Counted from the first letter of the stretch, positions 16,408 through 25,697 are shown. The stretch is DNA of 64,000 bases from Phycisphaerae bacterium (GCA_031411495.1 JANOBD010000081.1:1519-65518); one strand, 5' to 3'. A program made the numbers and translations. The notes: generated by a model not told the origin, from the letters alone.

Positions 16408-17169
16408 ATGACAGCGTCTGCGCGTCTTGAAACTTCCAGCCCGCGATTGGCGGGGCTGACCATCTGCACCTGGATCGTCATCGTCAATGTCGCGGTCTTC
16501 CTCCTCAGCAGCTACATCTTTCCCGCGACCAAGGTGAAGCTGGCGGTACCCGGCGGCGATTCCACCGGCGTCGAAACAGCGCTGTACCAGGACGTCCCCT
16601 CGCCGATGACGAGCGCGCTCCTCTTTTCATTCGCGACTGCCGTCGAGAGGTTTCAGATCTGGCGGTTCTTCACGTTCCAGTTTGTCCACGCCAATTTCTG
16701 GCACATTGCCGGCAACATGGTGGCGCTCACGTCGCTCGGGCCATTCGTGGAAGAATACCTGGGCCGCCGGCGATTTCTGGCGTTTTACCTGATGTGCGGC
16801 GCGACCGGGCCGATCGGGTTTCTGGTGCTGATCGCGACGGGCGGCGCGTACTCCGCGAGTTCGACGCTTGTTGGCGCGTCCGCGGGCGTGTTCGGCGTGC
16901 TGGTGGCGGCGGCAATCGTGGCGCCGCGGAATTACCTCGACCTCGTATTTCCGCCGACGCCGGTCAAGGTCAGGACCATGGCGATCATCATGCTCGCGGT
17001 GGCGGGGTATACGGTTTTTTTCCACGGCACGACACCCGGCCTGAACGCCGGCGGTGAGGCCGCCCACCTCGGCGGCGCGCTCATGGGTTGGTATCTGATC
17101 CGTCGCCCGGACCTGCTTGACTGGGCCGAGAACTGGGGCCCCACGCCCCGCGGCCGCCGTCACCCCTGA
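16408..17169 (+). CDS. Rhomboid family intramembrane serine protease
   Basis: 6-TM protein with the catalytic motif GASAGVFG and a downstream AHLGGALMGW His motif, preceded by FTFQFVHANFWHIAGNM. Confidence 0.85.
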   Translation: MTASARLETSSPRLAGLTICTWIVIVNVAVFLLSSYIFPATKVKLAVPGGDSTGVETALYQDVPSPMTSALLFSFATAVERFQIWRFFTFQFVHANFWHIAGNMVALTSLGPFVEEYLGRRRFLAFYLMCGATGPIGFLVLIATGGAYSASSTLVGASAGVFGVLVAAAIVAPRNYLDLVFPPTPVKVRTMAIIMLAVAGYTVFFHGTTPGLNAGGEAAHLGGALMGWYLIRRPDLLDWAENWGPTPRGRRHP

Positions 17170-17201
17170 CGCAAGCGTCTGCCAACCCTAAAGGGTTGAT
17201 G

Positions 17202-20200
17202 TCAGGCGGTCACTTCGATGCTGACGAGAATGTCGGTCCCGTCGATGCGGGCGGTGTCGGTTCCGTCGCCGCCGTTGAGGTTGTCTTTGCCGCGGTTGCC
17301 GATGAGCAGGTCGTTGCCCGGGTCGCCTGCGAGGCGGTCGGCGGAGTTGCCGCCGACGAGTGTGTCGTCGCCCGCGCCGCCGTTGGCACGGTTGCGGTCG
17401 CTTCCGGTGTCGATGTAGTCGTCGTCGGCGCCGCCGGAGAGAATATCAGGCCCGCCGCGGCCACTGATGACGTCGTTGCCGTCGTCGCCGCTGAGGCGGT
17501 CTGCCGAGTTCCCGCCAGTGAGCGTGTCATTGCCGCTTCCGCCGTTGACGGTGTTGCGCCCGGCCCCGGCGTCGACGTAGTCGGACCCGTCGTCGCCGGC
17601 GAGTTGGTCGTCGCCGCCGCCGCCGCGGATCGTGTCGTTCCCCGCGCCGCCGAGAATCGTGTCAGGCAGCTTGTTGACCTGCGCCTTGAGTGAGTCGTTG
17701 CCGCCGAACCCGTTCATGACGATCCGCGAGACGACGCTGAGCGCGAATGTCTGGGTAGTCGATCCGCGCGTGACGCGAATGGTCTGGCTGTCGCTGAGCA
17801 GGGCGGTGATGACGTCGTCGCCATCGGTGCCATTGACATACAGCGTGCGCTCGGCCACCGTCGCCAGCGGCGCGACGATCGAAATGGTCCTGGCAAGCAA
17901 CACATCGTGGGTCCCGTCACTCACTTTCAACACGATCTCGAAAGTGCCGACGTCGCCCAGCGAAGGCGTTCCCAGCAGGCTCGCGGTTCCGTTGGCGTTG
18001 TCTCTCACCTGCAAAAAGGCCGGGCCAGAGACGAGGGTGAAGCTCAGCGAGTCGCCGACGTCGCCATCGGTTGCGGCGAGGAGCTGCGAATAGGGCACGG
18101 ATGCGGTTGCGCCCGGGAGGGTCGCTGTCGTCCAGAGCGGTGCCGCGTCGGCAACCACCGCCAGGCCGAGCGTCACAAAGCTCTCGTCGATCCCGTCACT
18201 TACCCGGATCCGAAATGAGTGCGCGCCGACATCACTGTCGCGCGGCGTCCCGGCGAGCGCGACGTCGCCATTCTCAAGTGCCACCAGCGAAAAGGACGTC
18301 AGTCCGTCGACCAGCGTATACGTCAGCTCCTGGCCGGCGTCGTCGTCGCTCGCGGCGATCGTCCTGGAGTAGGCGTGCCCGGCAGTCGCATTGCTCAGCG
18401 AGTTCGTCACCCAGACCGGCGCCGAATTGTGCCACTCATATGCACCGATATCGCTCGTGCCGAATCGGCCGATGTCGCGCTGGTCGGAAGACGTCGCCAG
18501 ATCATCGTCGCCCGCATCAATCGCTGGCGAACCGTAGAGGATGTTGACGGTGGGCAATCCTCCGCCGTGATCGGCGAGCGTGCCGAGTTTCGCGTCGAGC
18601 GGCTGCGCGACAGTTCCGGCGTAGTTGGCGAGTGCGCCGTCGGCGATGAGCGAGTTGCTCGCCATCCGGCCGACGAGTGTGTGAGTCACGAGCGAGTCGA
18701 TGTCATAGTCGTCCCACGCGACGTCGACGCCGCCGGTGTTTCCCGCGATCAGGGTGTTTTGGATTGTCAGTGTCGGCGTGGAACCGTCGGCCAGGTCCAG
18801 GCCTGCAGCATGATCCGAATCGTCAGTGCTGTTGAGTGCGATCGTCGTCCCGGTCAATTGCAGGGTTGAGTGCTGCGCGTAGATGCCTCCGCCGCGGGCG
18901 ATGCGAAGTGTCGATTCCGTCGTCGTGATCGAATTGCCTGCGATCGTGCAATTGGTCAACGTGTGCGTGCCCTGATCGAGGAAGAGGCCGGCCCCTTCGC
19001 CTTCGGATGAGGTCGACTCGAGCGTGACTTGCTGCGGCGCGTCGATCGTATTCTGTGAGATCGTGCAGCGTAAGAACGTTGCATCGCCCACGATCATCGC
19101 GCCGCCGCCGGCGCTGCCTGCCGAATTGTGGTCGATCAGACAGTCGACCATGTTGATCGAGTTGTTCGCGTTTCCCGAGGCGATCGCGCCGCCGGCGGTT
19201 GTCGCGTGCGAATCCGTGATGCGGACGCGGCTCAGGTCGAGTGCCGAGGCGTGATCGACATAGATTGCCCCGCCCGTCCCCGCTTCACCGCCGCTGAGTG
19301 TCAGGTCGGCAATGGTCAGGTTCGCGCCGCTCGATTCATTGCCGAGGGTGAACAGGCGAACCTGGTGGTTGCCGGAGATAGTCAGCGCGTCGCGGCCGGG
19401 GCCGAGGATCGCCAGGTCCTTGGTGATCTCCAGCCCGCTCTCCAGCGTGATCGTTCCGGTGAGCCCGGTCAGATCGACGGCGTCACCCGCGCCTGCATCG
19501 GTGATGGCCTGTCGCAGCGAGCCCGGCCCGGAATCGTTCGTATTCAAGACGCGCAGCGAGTTTTTCACCACCAGCGTGACCGTGACGTCCGCGCCGGCGA
19601 TTCCGTCGCTCACGTGGATGGTGAAGGTGTGGCTGCCGATGTCATCGATCGCCGGCGAGCCCGAGAGGGTCGCAGTGCCGTTTTCGTTACTGCGGACATC
19701 GAGAAACGCCGGCGCACCCGCGAGCGAGTAAGCGAGCGGCTGGCCCGCATCGATATCGTCGGCCGACACGGTCATTTCGTACACGCCTTGGTAACGGGCG
19801 ATGTCGAGCGTCGTCGTCGGCCAGGTCGGCGCGGTGTTGTGCCACTCGTACGCGCCGATGTCGCTCGTGGAGTAGCGCCCGATGCCGCGTGCGTCGGTGC
19901 TCGGCGCGTAGGCATCGGCGCCGGCGTTGATCGCGGGCGAGCCGTAGCGCAGGTCGACGGTGAGCGTCGCTCCGCCGTGGCCGTCGAGCGTGCCGAGCAT
20001 CGCATCCTGTCCGATGATGTTGCCGTTCGTGCCATTGACGAAACCGGGCATGTGCGTGACCGATTCGATCAGGTTGTGGCCATGGTCGACGAGATCGATT
20101 TCGCTGCCGAGCTGCTCGGTGACGTCCTCCGCGCCACGGTTGTCGGCGAAGAGGTTGTTGGCCAGGGTGATGTCGAACGCGTTGGCGGTGATGGCGGTGG

Positions 20201-21185
20201 TGCAGAAGAAGGCGCCCGCGCCATCGGCGCTTGCGCCGGTCCCCGTGCCGAGAGCCGCGACGTTGTCGGCAATCGTGTTGTTGGTGAGGGAGAGGGTGAA
20301 GTCGCCGTCGTTGTCGGCGTTCGATTCCGCGCCGGCTGATTCAAAGTAAAGCCCGCCGCCGCGGGTGATCGCGCCGCTCCCGCTGCCGACCGTGAGCCGG
20401 TTGTCGGCGATGGTGGAGTTGCGGATGTTCGCGCTGAGAATCCCTCCGCCAAGCCCGTCGAGGCCGCTGCTGGCCCGCGCGTAGATGCCGCCGCCGATCG
20501 AGAGCGACGGGCTCGTCACGGTGTTGGAGGCGATGGTGCTGTCGGTCAGCGAGAACGTGAGGATGCCGGGCGCCGAGGACTCGGTGCCGTCGCGGGCGTA
20601 GAGGCAGATGCCGGCGCCGACGGCGGCGTAGCCGCTGCTGGATGCGGAATTGCCGAGGATGCTCGATTGGTTGATGGTGAGCGTGAAGTTGTCGTCGTCG
20701 TAAGCGATCGCCGCGATCGCGCCGCCCTGTCCGGCATCGTTGGCGGTGAACCTGACGCGGGTGAGCGTGAGCGAGCCGCTGCCTTCGGCGCGCCAGCCGC
20801 CGCCGAAGCCGTTGCCGCCTTCGCCGTCGCGGATGGTGAGGTCGCGCACGACGACGACGCCCGCCGTCTGGCTGAAGACGCGGGAGGTGTGGTTGCCGCT
20901 GATCGAAAGCAGATCCTGTCCCGGGCCGAGCAGGGTGAGGGATTTGTCGATCGTCAATTCGCTCTCGAGCGTAATGGTTCCGGAGAGTCCGGTGAGGTCG
21001 ATCGTGTCGCCGGAGGCGGCCTCGTCGATCACCTGCCGGAGCGAACCGTCGACGGCGTCGTCGAGCGTGGTGACGGCAATGGTGGCGAGGAGCGCGCGGG
21101 TCTCGAGCGATTCGATGCGGCACCGGGCCCGGGTGTGTCGCCGGGAAGACTTGCGGACCTTGCGTTCTCGATTCGATCGGCTCAT
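17202..21185 (-). CDS. Giant secreted adhesin-like protein: two tandem [CSLREA motif – right-handed beta-helix – choice-of-anchor-Q] modules, cadherin-like/Ig domains, C-terminal RTX (GGxGxD) Ca-binding repeats
   Basis: 1327 aa. Arg-rich N-terminus with IESLETRALLA. Motifs DGSLRQVIDEA and PGSLRQAITDA (CSLREA-like). Duplicated ...GTL(D/A)(G/D)HGG...YGSPAI(N/D)AG...D(A/Q)R(G/D)IGR(Y/F)(S/G)TSDIGAYEWHN(T/S)AP. Cadherin-like dystroglycan-type segments. Tail GGAGNDTIRGGGGDDQLAGDDGSD...GGDGTDTARIDGTDILVSIEVTA. Confidence 0.8.
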   Translation of the reverse strand: MSRSNRERKVRKSSRRHTRARCRIESLETRALLATIAVTTLDDAVDGSLRQVIDEAASGDTIDLTGLSGTITLESELTIDKSLTLLGPGQDLLSISGNHTSRVFSQTAGVVVVRDLTIRDGEGGNGFGGGWRAEGSGSLTLTRVRFTANDAGQGGAIAAIAYDDDNFTLTINQSSILGNSASSSGYAAVGAGICLYARDGTESSAPGILTFSLTDSTIASNTVTSPSLSIGGGIYARASSGLDGLGGGILSANIRNSTIADNRLTVGSGSGAITRGGGLYFESAGAESNADNDGDFTLSLTNNTIADNVAALGTGTGASADGAGAFFCTTAITANAFDITLANNLFADNRGAEDVTEQLGSEIDLVDHGHNLIESVTHMPGFVNGTNGNIIGQDAMLGTLDGHGGATLTVDLRYGSPAINAGADAYAPSTDARGIGRYSTSDIGAYEWHNTAPTWPTTTLDIARYQGVYEMTVSADDIDAGQPLAYSLAGAPAFLDVRSNENGTATLSGSPAIDDIGSHTFTIHVSDGIAGADVTVTLVVKNSLRVLNTNDSGPGSLRQAITDAGAGDAVDLTGLTGTITLESGLEITKDLAILGPGRDALTISGNHQVRLFTLGNESSGANLTIADLTLSGGEAGTGGAIYVDHASALDLSRVRITDSHATTAGGAIASGNANNSINMVDCLIDHNSAGSAGGGAMIVGDATFLRCTISQNTIDAPQQVTLESTSSEGEGAGLFLDQGTHTLTNCTIAGNSITTTESTLRIARGGGIYAQHSTLQLTGTTIALNSTDDSDHAAGLDLADGSTPTLTIQNTLIAGNTGGVDVAWDDYDIDSLVTHTLVGRMASNSLIADGALANYAGTVAQPLDAKLGTLADHGGGLPTVNILYGSPAIDAGDDDLATSSDQRDIGRFGTSDIGAYEWHNSAPVWVTNSLSNATAGHAYSRTIAASDDDAGQELTYTLVDGLTSFSLVALENGDVALAGTPRDSDVGAHSFRIRVSDGIDESFVTLGLAVVADAAPLWTTATLPGATASVPYSQLLAATDGDVGDSLSFTLVSGPAFLQVRDNANGTASLLGTPSLGDVGTFEIVLKVSDGTHDVLLARTISIVAPLATVAERTLYVNGTDGDDVITALLSDSQTIRVTRGSTTQTFALSVVSRIVMNGFGGNDSLKAQVNKLPDTILGGAGNDTIRGGGGDDQLAGDDGSDYVDAGAGRNTVNGGSGNDTLTGGNSADRLSGDDGNDVISGRGGPDILSGGADDDYIDTGSDRNRANGGAGDDTLVGGNSADRLAGDPGNDLLIGNRGKDNLNGGDGTDTARIDGTDILVSIEVTA

Positions 21186-21630
21186 CGGAAAAGTCTCCTG
21201 GACGCGGCTTTGACGCCGTTGGAACCGCGCCGCGAATTCAACCCGCGCGCTGCGATGAAAATCGGGTGCTACGGACGACGCCTTGAGGGGATATGACGAT
21301 CAATAGAAGTGGTCGAAGTGGACTGCGAGAGCGGTATTGGGATGGCAGCTGTTATCAGTCGGAAGAGCGCTCAGATGCCGGTGTCTGACCAGAACCACCG
21401 CCGGGAAGGTCCGCGCGTCCTCCGCACAACACGAGGGAACGGAGGGGATTTCGATGGATCGTGGTCTGACGCGAGGTGTATGAAGCGCTGTCGTTTCGGC
21501 GGGGCGGAAACCCGCGCGCCGGAAGGGAGGGGTTGCATGTTCGTACGACAGAGAGTGGGTCGCGCAATTGGCACTGATCCGGCACGCCGTGCCGGGGTTC
21601 GTCGATCTGCGGAGGGTAAGTCGGCGAAAT

Positions 21631-21662
21631 GCAACGAAATGCAAGAGAATGCAACACTCTGC
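21631..21662. promoter_or_regulatory. Three phased AATGCAA / TTGCATT direct repeats (10-11 bp periodicity) in the long intergenic region upstream of the adhesin gene
   Basis: gaaatgcaacgaaatgcaagagaatgcaacac read directly from the sequence. The repeats lie ~450 bp upstream of the adhesin start at 21185 (- strand). Confidence 0.3.
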
Positions 21663-22232
21663 GGAACTCGCACACGCAGTGGTGTACATGGAGTTAAGAT
21701 CCTGTCGGATCGTAATTTATGGTTCAAATCGGGTGTTGCAGGTTGGCGGGGCGACGTGGGCTGGGTGTTGCACCGTCAGGTTCGGGTCTTTGAAGCCGTC
21801 TCGGCAGGGAAAGCCGGCTGGATACAGCCGCCGGGGCTGCTCGGCGACGAATTGCTGGACGGTGCGATGGGCTCGAAGAAGGTATCCAATGACGAACGTT
21901 TTTCGGTCCCGAATCCGGCATCGCTATTCCGGGGTACGCGATCGGTTGTTGCGACGCGGCAGCGGGTCGACGTGCTGTGTCCCGATCAGGGCGGGTTTGA
22001 CCTGATTGCCGGAATCCGCGTATCCTCGAAACTCTGTGCACAGTTGCCCGCGATGGGCCTGATGGCACCGAAGGTTATGTCGGTCCGGGCGTCACGGAGG
22101 AAGGCCCTCATCCGCTCGGCTCACCCCGCGGGATTTATGTTTTGGCCCTACGCCCGCGACGATGGACCTGAAGTTTGGGGCTTTCAGATTGGCACCAGTG
22201 ACGACCTCCAGACCATTGCCCAGGAGCACACC

Positions 22233-23369
22233 GTGAAACTTCAACTAGCCGGAGCATTGCTGATCGCCCTTGCCGCGGGGTGCGCACCCACGACCCAGAC
22301 GGCCCCAACGCAGGCGAAGATCGGCGTCGATGGGAACGTGAAGTACGGGACCTTCGCACGCGAAAATATCGCCAAGCTCGACCCGCCGACCCCGATCACC
22401 GAGCTCTATGTCGCCGGCGACAGCGTGTTCGGTTACACCAAGGACAACACGGTCTACTCGCTCTCGGGCGCCCTGGAAGTTCGCTACATCCAGCGTCTGG
22501 CCAAGGACGACGTGACGCTCCGTCGCCCGATCGCGTATGGCGAAGACACGATCTTCCCGACGACGCTGGCGATCAAGGTGGTCGACAAGGGCGGCAATAT
22601 CCTTCGCACGCTCAGGCTGCCGAATCCGCTCACCAGTGATGTTCGGCTGGATCAGCGCGGGCTCCTGCTCGCCGGAACGGCCGCGCCAACGGGGGGCCGC
22701 GTTTCGGTCATCGATCCGCAGCTGACCGTCCGCCCGGTCGTGGGCGACACGCTCATCGGCTCGGTCTACTCCGCGCCGGTCGGTTTCCAGGGGATCATCT
22801 ATGCGGCCGCCGACGACGGGAACGTCTACGCGATCGGACCCGACAACCGAAACGCCTGGCCGCTTAGCGACATGCGGTTTGCCACCAATCGCGCCGTGAA
22901 GGCCGATCTGGTGATCGACGAGTATGGGCTCTTCGTCGCGTCGAGCGATACTAAGCTCTACGCGCTCGACCGTGCGACGGGGCGCATCAAGTGGCGATTC
23001 ATGGCCGAAGTGCCGCTCGTCCAGACGCCGATGGTTACCAGCGATCGGGTGTACCAGGTCGTCGACGGGAAAGGGCTCGTGGCGATCGACAAGATCAACG
23101 GCAAGCTCTACCGCGACGCGCTCTGGACCGCCGAGGGAGTCACTCAGGTACTCGCAACCGACGACAACTTCGTCTACGGCGTCGAAGGCGGGAACAAGCT
23201 CGTGGCGCTCGGCAAAGACGACGGCAAGGTGAAGTTCGACCTGACCGGCGACTTCACGATGTTCGCCGCCGACGCCAGCGGCCGCATCTTCGCCGCCACG
23301 CCCTCCGGAACGATCGCCAGCTTCGTGCGCCGGCCGTATACCGGCCAGAACATGGCGGACGCGAAGTGA
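22233..23369 (+). CDS. PQQ-repeat beta-propeller lipoprotein (BamB/YfgL-like)
   Basis: GTG start with AGGAGC 7 bp upstream. Lipoprotein signal VKLQLAGALLIALAAGCAP. Repeated ...YA(I/L)(G/D)...TG.(I/L)KW(R/K)... PQQ-like blades. The ORF-track extension back to 21309 has non-protein-like composition. Confidence 0.6.
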   Translation: MKLQLAGALLIALAAGCAPTTQTAPTQAKIGVDGNVKYGTFARENIAKLDPPTPITELYVAGDSVFGYTKDNTVYSLSGALEVRYIQRLAKDDVTLRRPIAYGEDTIFPTTLAIKVVDKGGNILRTLRLPNPLTSDVRLDQRGLLLAGTAAPTGGRVSVIDPQLTVRPVVGDTLIGSVYSAPVGFQGIIYAAADDGNVYAIGPDNRNAWPLSDMRFATNRAVKADLVIDEYGLFVASSDTKLYALDRATGRIKWRFMAEVPLVQTPMVTSDRVYQVVDGKGLVAIDKINGKLYRDALWTAEGVTQVLATDDNFVYGVEGGNKLVALGKDDGKVKFDLTGDFTMFAADASGRIFAATPSGTIASFVRRPYTGQNMADAK

Positions 23370-23450
23370 TGCAGAGCCCGCGCGAAGCGATTGTTGTCTC
23401 GCGAGAAGGGCTTCGCAGTTCCCGCAGTGGATTCGCCGATCGAACAGTGG

Positions 23451-23497
23451 ATTGCAGAATGGGCCGTCGGTTCATTCTGCAATTCGCTTTTCTTCGG
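23451..23497 (+). terminator. Hairpin (ATTGCAGAATG / CATTCTGCAAT, 11-bp stem) followed by a T-rich tract; terminator of the upstream gene and/or attenuator preceding trpE
   Basis: Inverted repeat and T-run read directly from the sequence. It lies 45 bp upstream of the trpE start and 80 bp downstream of the preceding stop. Confidence 0.5.
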
Positions 23498-23541
23498 AGA
23501 GTGTTTTTTGACTTGTAGGGGTTGATCCCCAGGTTGCAGAG

Positions 23542-25152
23542 ATGCCCCGGTATTTCCCCAGCTTCGAGCAGTTCTGCGACGCCGCTCGCGATCACGATAT
23601 GGTCTGCGTCTACCGGCAGTTGCTCGCCGATCGTTTGACGCCGGTGACCGCATTCGAGGTGCTGGGCCGTGACGATCATGCGTTCCTGCTCGAGAGCGTG
23701 GTCGGCGGTGAGCAGATCGGCCGGCACAGCTTTATCGCGACCCGGCCGCGCGCGGTCTATCAGTCCAAGGGCCAGAACGCGCTCTTATGGAAGGCCGGCG
23801 AAACGACCCGGACTTTCGAGACCGCCGATCCGCTCAAGGATCTTCACGACTTAATCGGCAAGACGCGACTGGCGCGCGACGAGCGTCTTCCCGCATTCAC
23901 CGGCGGCCTGGTGGGGTACGCGGGCTATGACCTGATCCGATATTACGAATCCGAAAAGCTCAACGACCCGCCGCATGACGATCGCGCGCTGCCGGATGTC
24001 AGCTTCGGGCTCTACGACGAGCTGGTGATCTTCGACCACGTCGACAAGACGCTGCGCGTCGTCGCGAATGCCAGAGTGAGCAGTGAGCAGCGGGCGGCGG
24101 GCAGTGAAGAAGACAACACGGCAGGCAAGCCTATCGCGACACCGGAAAGCGGTTCCGGAGCAGATCCTGCCCAGCGCGCACTGCCCACCGCCCACTTGCG
24201 CCAGCGATACGACGAGGCGTGCCGGCGCGTGGACCTGATCGTCCAGCGACTTCAGCAGCCGTCGATGCTGCAACTCGGCGAGATCGATCTCACCTCGGCC
24301 GGCACGATTGCCTCTCGCGCCAATCTCTCGCGTGAGCAGTTTGAAGACGCGGTGCGCAAGGGACAGGAATACATCAAGGCCGGCGACATCTTCCAGTTCG
24401 TGCCCAGCCTCCGGTTGCGGGTGCAGAGCGATGCACAGCCGCTGGACGTCTACCGCGCGCTGCGGGTGGTGAACCCGTCGCCGTTCATGTTCTATCTGAA
24501 GAGTCCGCAGTGCACGCTGATCGGTTCGAGCCCGGAGATCCTCTGTCGTGTCAAGGACGGGGAGGTGACGACACGCCCGCTCGCGGGAACCCGTCGCCGA
24601 GGAAAAACACCGGCCGAAGATGTCGCGCTCGAAAAGGAATTGCTCGCCGATCCCAAGGAGCGTGCCGAGCACATCATGCTGGTCGATCTGCACCGCAACG
24701 ACATCGGCCGGGTGTGCAAACTCGGCAGCGTGCGCATCGTCGAGAAGATGGTGATCGAGCGGTACAGCCACGTGATGCACATCAGTTCCGACGTGCGGGG
24801 CGAACTGGATGAATCGTGTAACGCTTTCGACGCGCTCCGCGTGAGCCTCCCGGTCGGAACGGTGAGCGGCGCCCCGAAGATCCGGGCAATGCAGATCATC
24901 GACGAACTCGAACCGACGCGCCGCGGTCCTTACGGCGGGGCGGTTGGATATATCGACTTCGCCGGCGACATGGACACGTGCATCGCGCTGCGGACGATCG
25001 TCCACCGCCAGGGCCATTACGACGTGCAGGCAGGCTGCGGCGTCGTCGCCGACAGTGTGCCGGCCAGCGAGTACGAGGAAGCGATGAACAAAGCCCGCGC
25101 GCTGCTCAAGGCGGTGGAGGTGGCGGGCAAGGGCCTGGGAATGGGCGCATAA
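23542..25152 (+). CDS. trpE: Anthranilate synthase component I (chorismate-utilising enzyme; TrpE, PabB not excluded)
   Basis: N-terminal LLES Trp-feedback motif (FLLESVVGGEQIGRHSF). The C-terminal chorismate-binding core has ...GTVSGAPKIRAMQIIDELEP...GPYGGAVGYIDFAGDMDTCIALRT. 536 aa. Confidence 0.75.
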   Translation: MPRYFPSFEQFCDAARDHDMVCVYRQLLADRLTPVTAFEVLGRDDHAFLLESVVGGEQIGRHSFIATRPRAVYQSKGQNALLWKAGETTRTFETADPLKDLHDLIGKTRLARDERLPAFTGGLVGYAGYDLIRYYESEKLNDPPHDDRALPDVSFGLYDELVIFDHVDKTLRVVANARVSSEQRAAGSEEDNTAGKPIATPESGSGADPAQRALPTAHLRQRYDEACRRVDLIVQRLQQPSMLQLGEIDLTSAGTIASRANLSREQFEDAVRKGQEYIKAGDIFQFVPSLRLRVQSDAQPLDVYRALRVVNPSPFMFYLKSPQCTLIGSSPEILCRVKDGEVTTRPLAGTRRRGKTPAEDVALEKELLADPKERAEHIMLVDLHRNDIGRVCKLGSVRIVEKMVIERYSHVMHISSDVRGELDESCNAFDALRVSLPVGTVSGAPKIRAMQIIDELEPTRRGPYGGAVGYIDFAGDMDTCIALRTIVHRQGHYDVQAGCGVVADSVPASEYEEAMNKARALLKAVEVAGKGLGMGA

Positions 25153-25470
25153 GGGTTTGGGGCGGAGGGTAGCGCCGTACCGTTGCCTGTCATTTCTATT
25201 TGGAAGCAATCGAATTGTCGGTCCGCGGCAAATCCAGAGTCACCTCGGCGTGAGCTACGCATCGACGGAATCACTTCTTGAAGGTCAGTTTATCGTGCGT
25301 GGTGAGATGGACAGCGAGGCGTCGCCGCCGGGCGATGCAAGGAAGCCGGCACGGTCCGCGCGACAAAAAAGGAAGAAATTGCCGCGCCGGTCAATCCTTC
25401 CGCCTGGCCTGGTCGCCGAGCCGGACAAGATGCGGAAGATGCTGGCAGATTACATCCAGCTCACGGCCTG

Positions 25471-25677
25471 GTGGCGCGGCCGTCCGCCGACGCCAAGCTT
25501 CCGCCGCGCCTCGAGCAGGTGCTGCTGGAACTGATGAAGGGCGCCTCTGTGAAACAAATCGCCCACGCGCTCGGCATCAGGGTTCACACCGTCCACGACG
25601 ACACGAAAGAACTTCATCGCCGGTTCGGCGTGAACTCGCGTGGCGAATCGCTCAATCGGTTTCTGCCGCGCGGGTGA
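25471..25677 (+). CDS. Small stand-alone LuxR/GerE-type HTH protein (68 aa)
   Basis: LPPRLEQVLLELMKGASVKQIAHALGIRVHTVHDDTKELHRRFGVNSRGE matches the LuxR C-terminal HTH consensus (LTxRExEVL...G.S.KEIA..L.IS..TV..H...I..KLGV.SR.E). Confidence 0.45.
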   Translation: MARPSADAKLPPRLEQVLLELMKGASVKQIAHALGIRVHTVHDDTKELHRRFGVNSRGESLNRFLPRG

Positions 25678-25697
25678 TCGAACCCTGTACGCTTGCC

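Noticed and set aside
19128-20349. 403-aa and other + strand ORFs inside the giant adhesin gene
   Set aside because: Antisense/alternative-frame ORFs with low-complexity R/G/D/V-rich translations. The - strand frame shows repeated beta-helix and RTX motifs.
21309-22232. ORF-track 5' extension of the PQQ-lipoprotein ORF (686 aa starting 21309)
   Set aside because: The upstream 308 codons are Trp/Cys/Arg-rich and non-protein-like. A GTG with Shine-Dalgarno at 22233 precedes a classic lipoprotein signal, so the region is treated as intergenic.
23851-25209. 452-aa - strand ORF antisense to trpE
   Set aside because: Shadow ORF. No domain signatures, while the sense strand encodes a conserved chorismate-binding enzyme.
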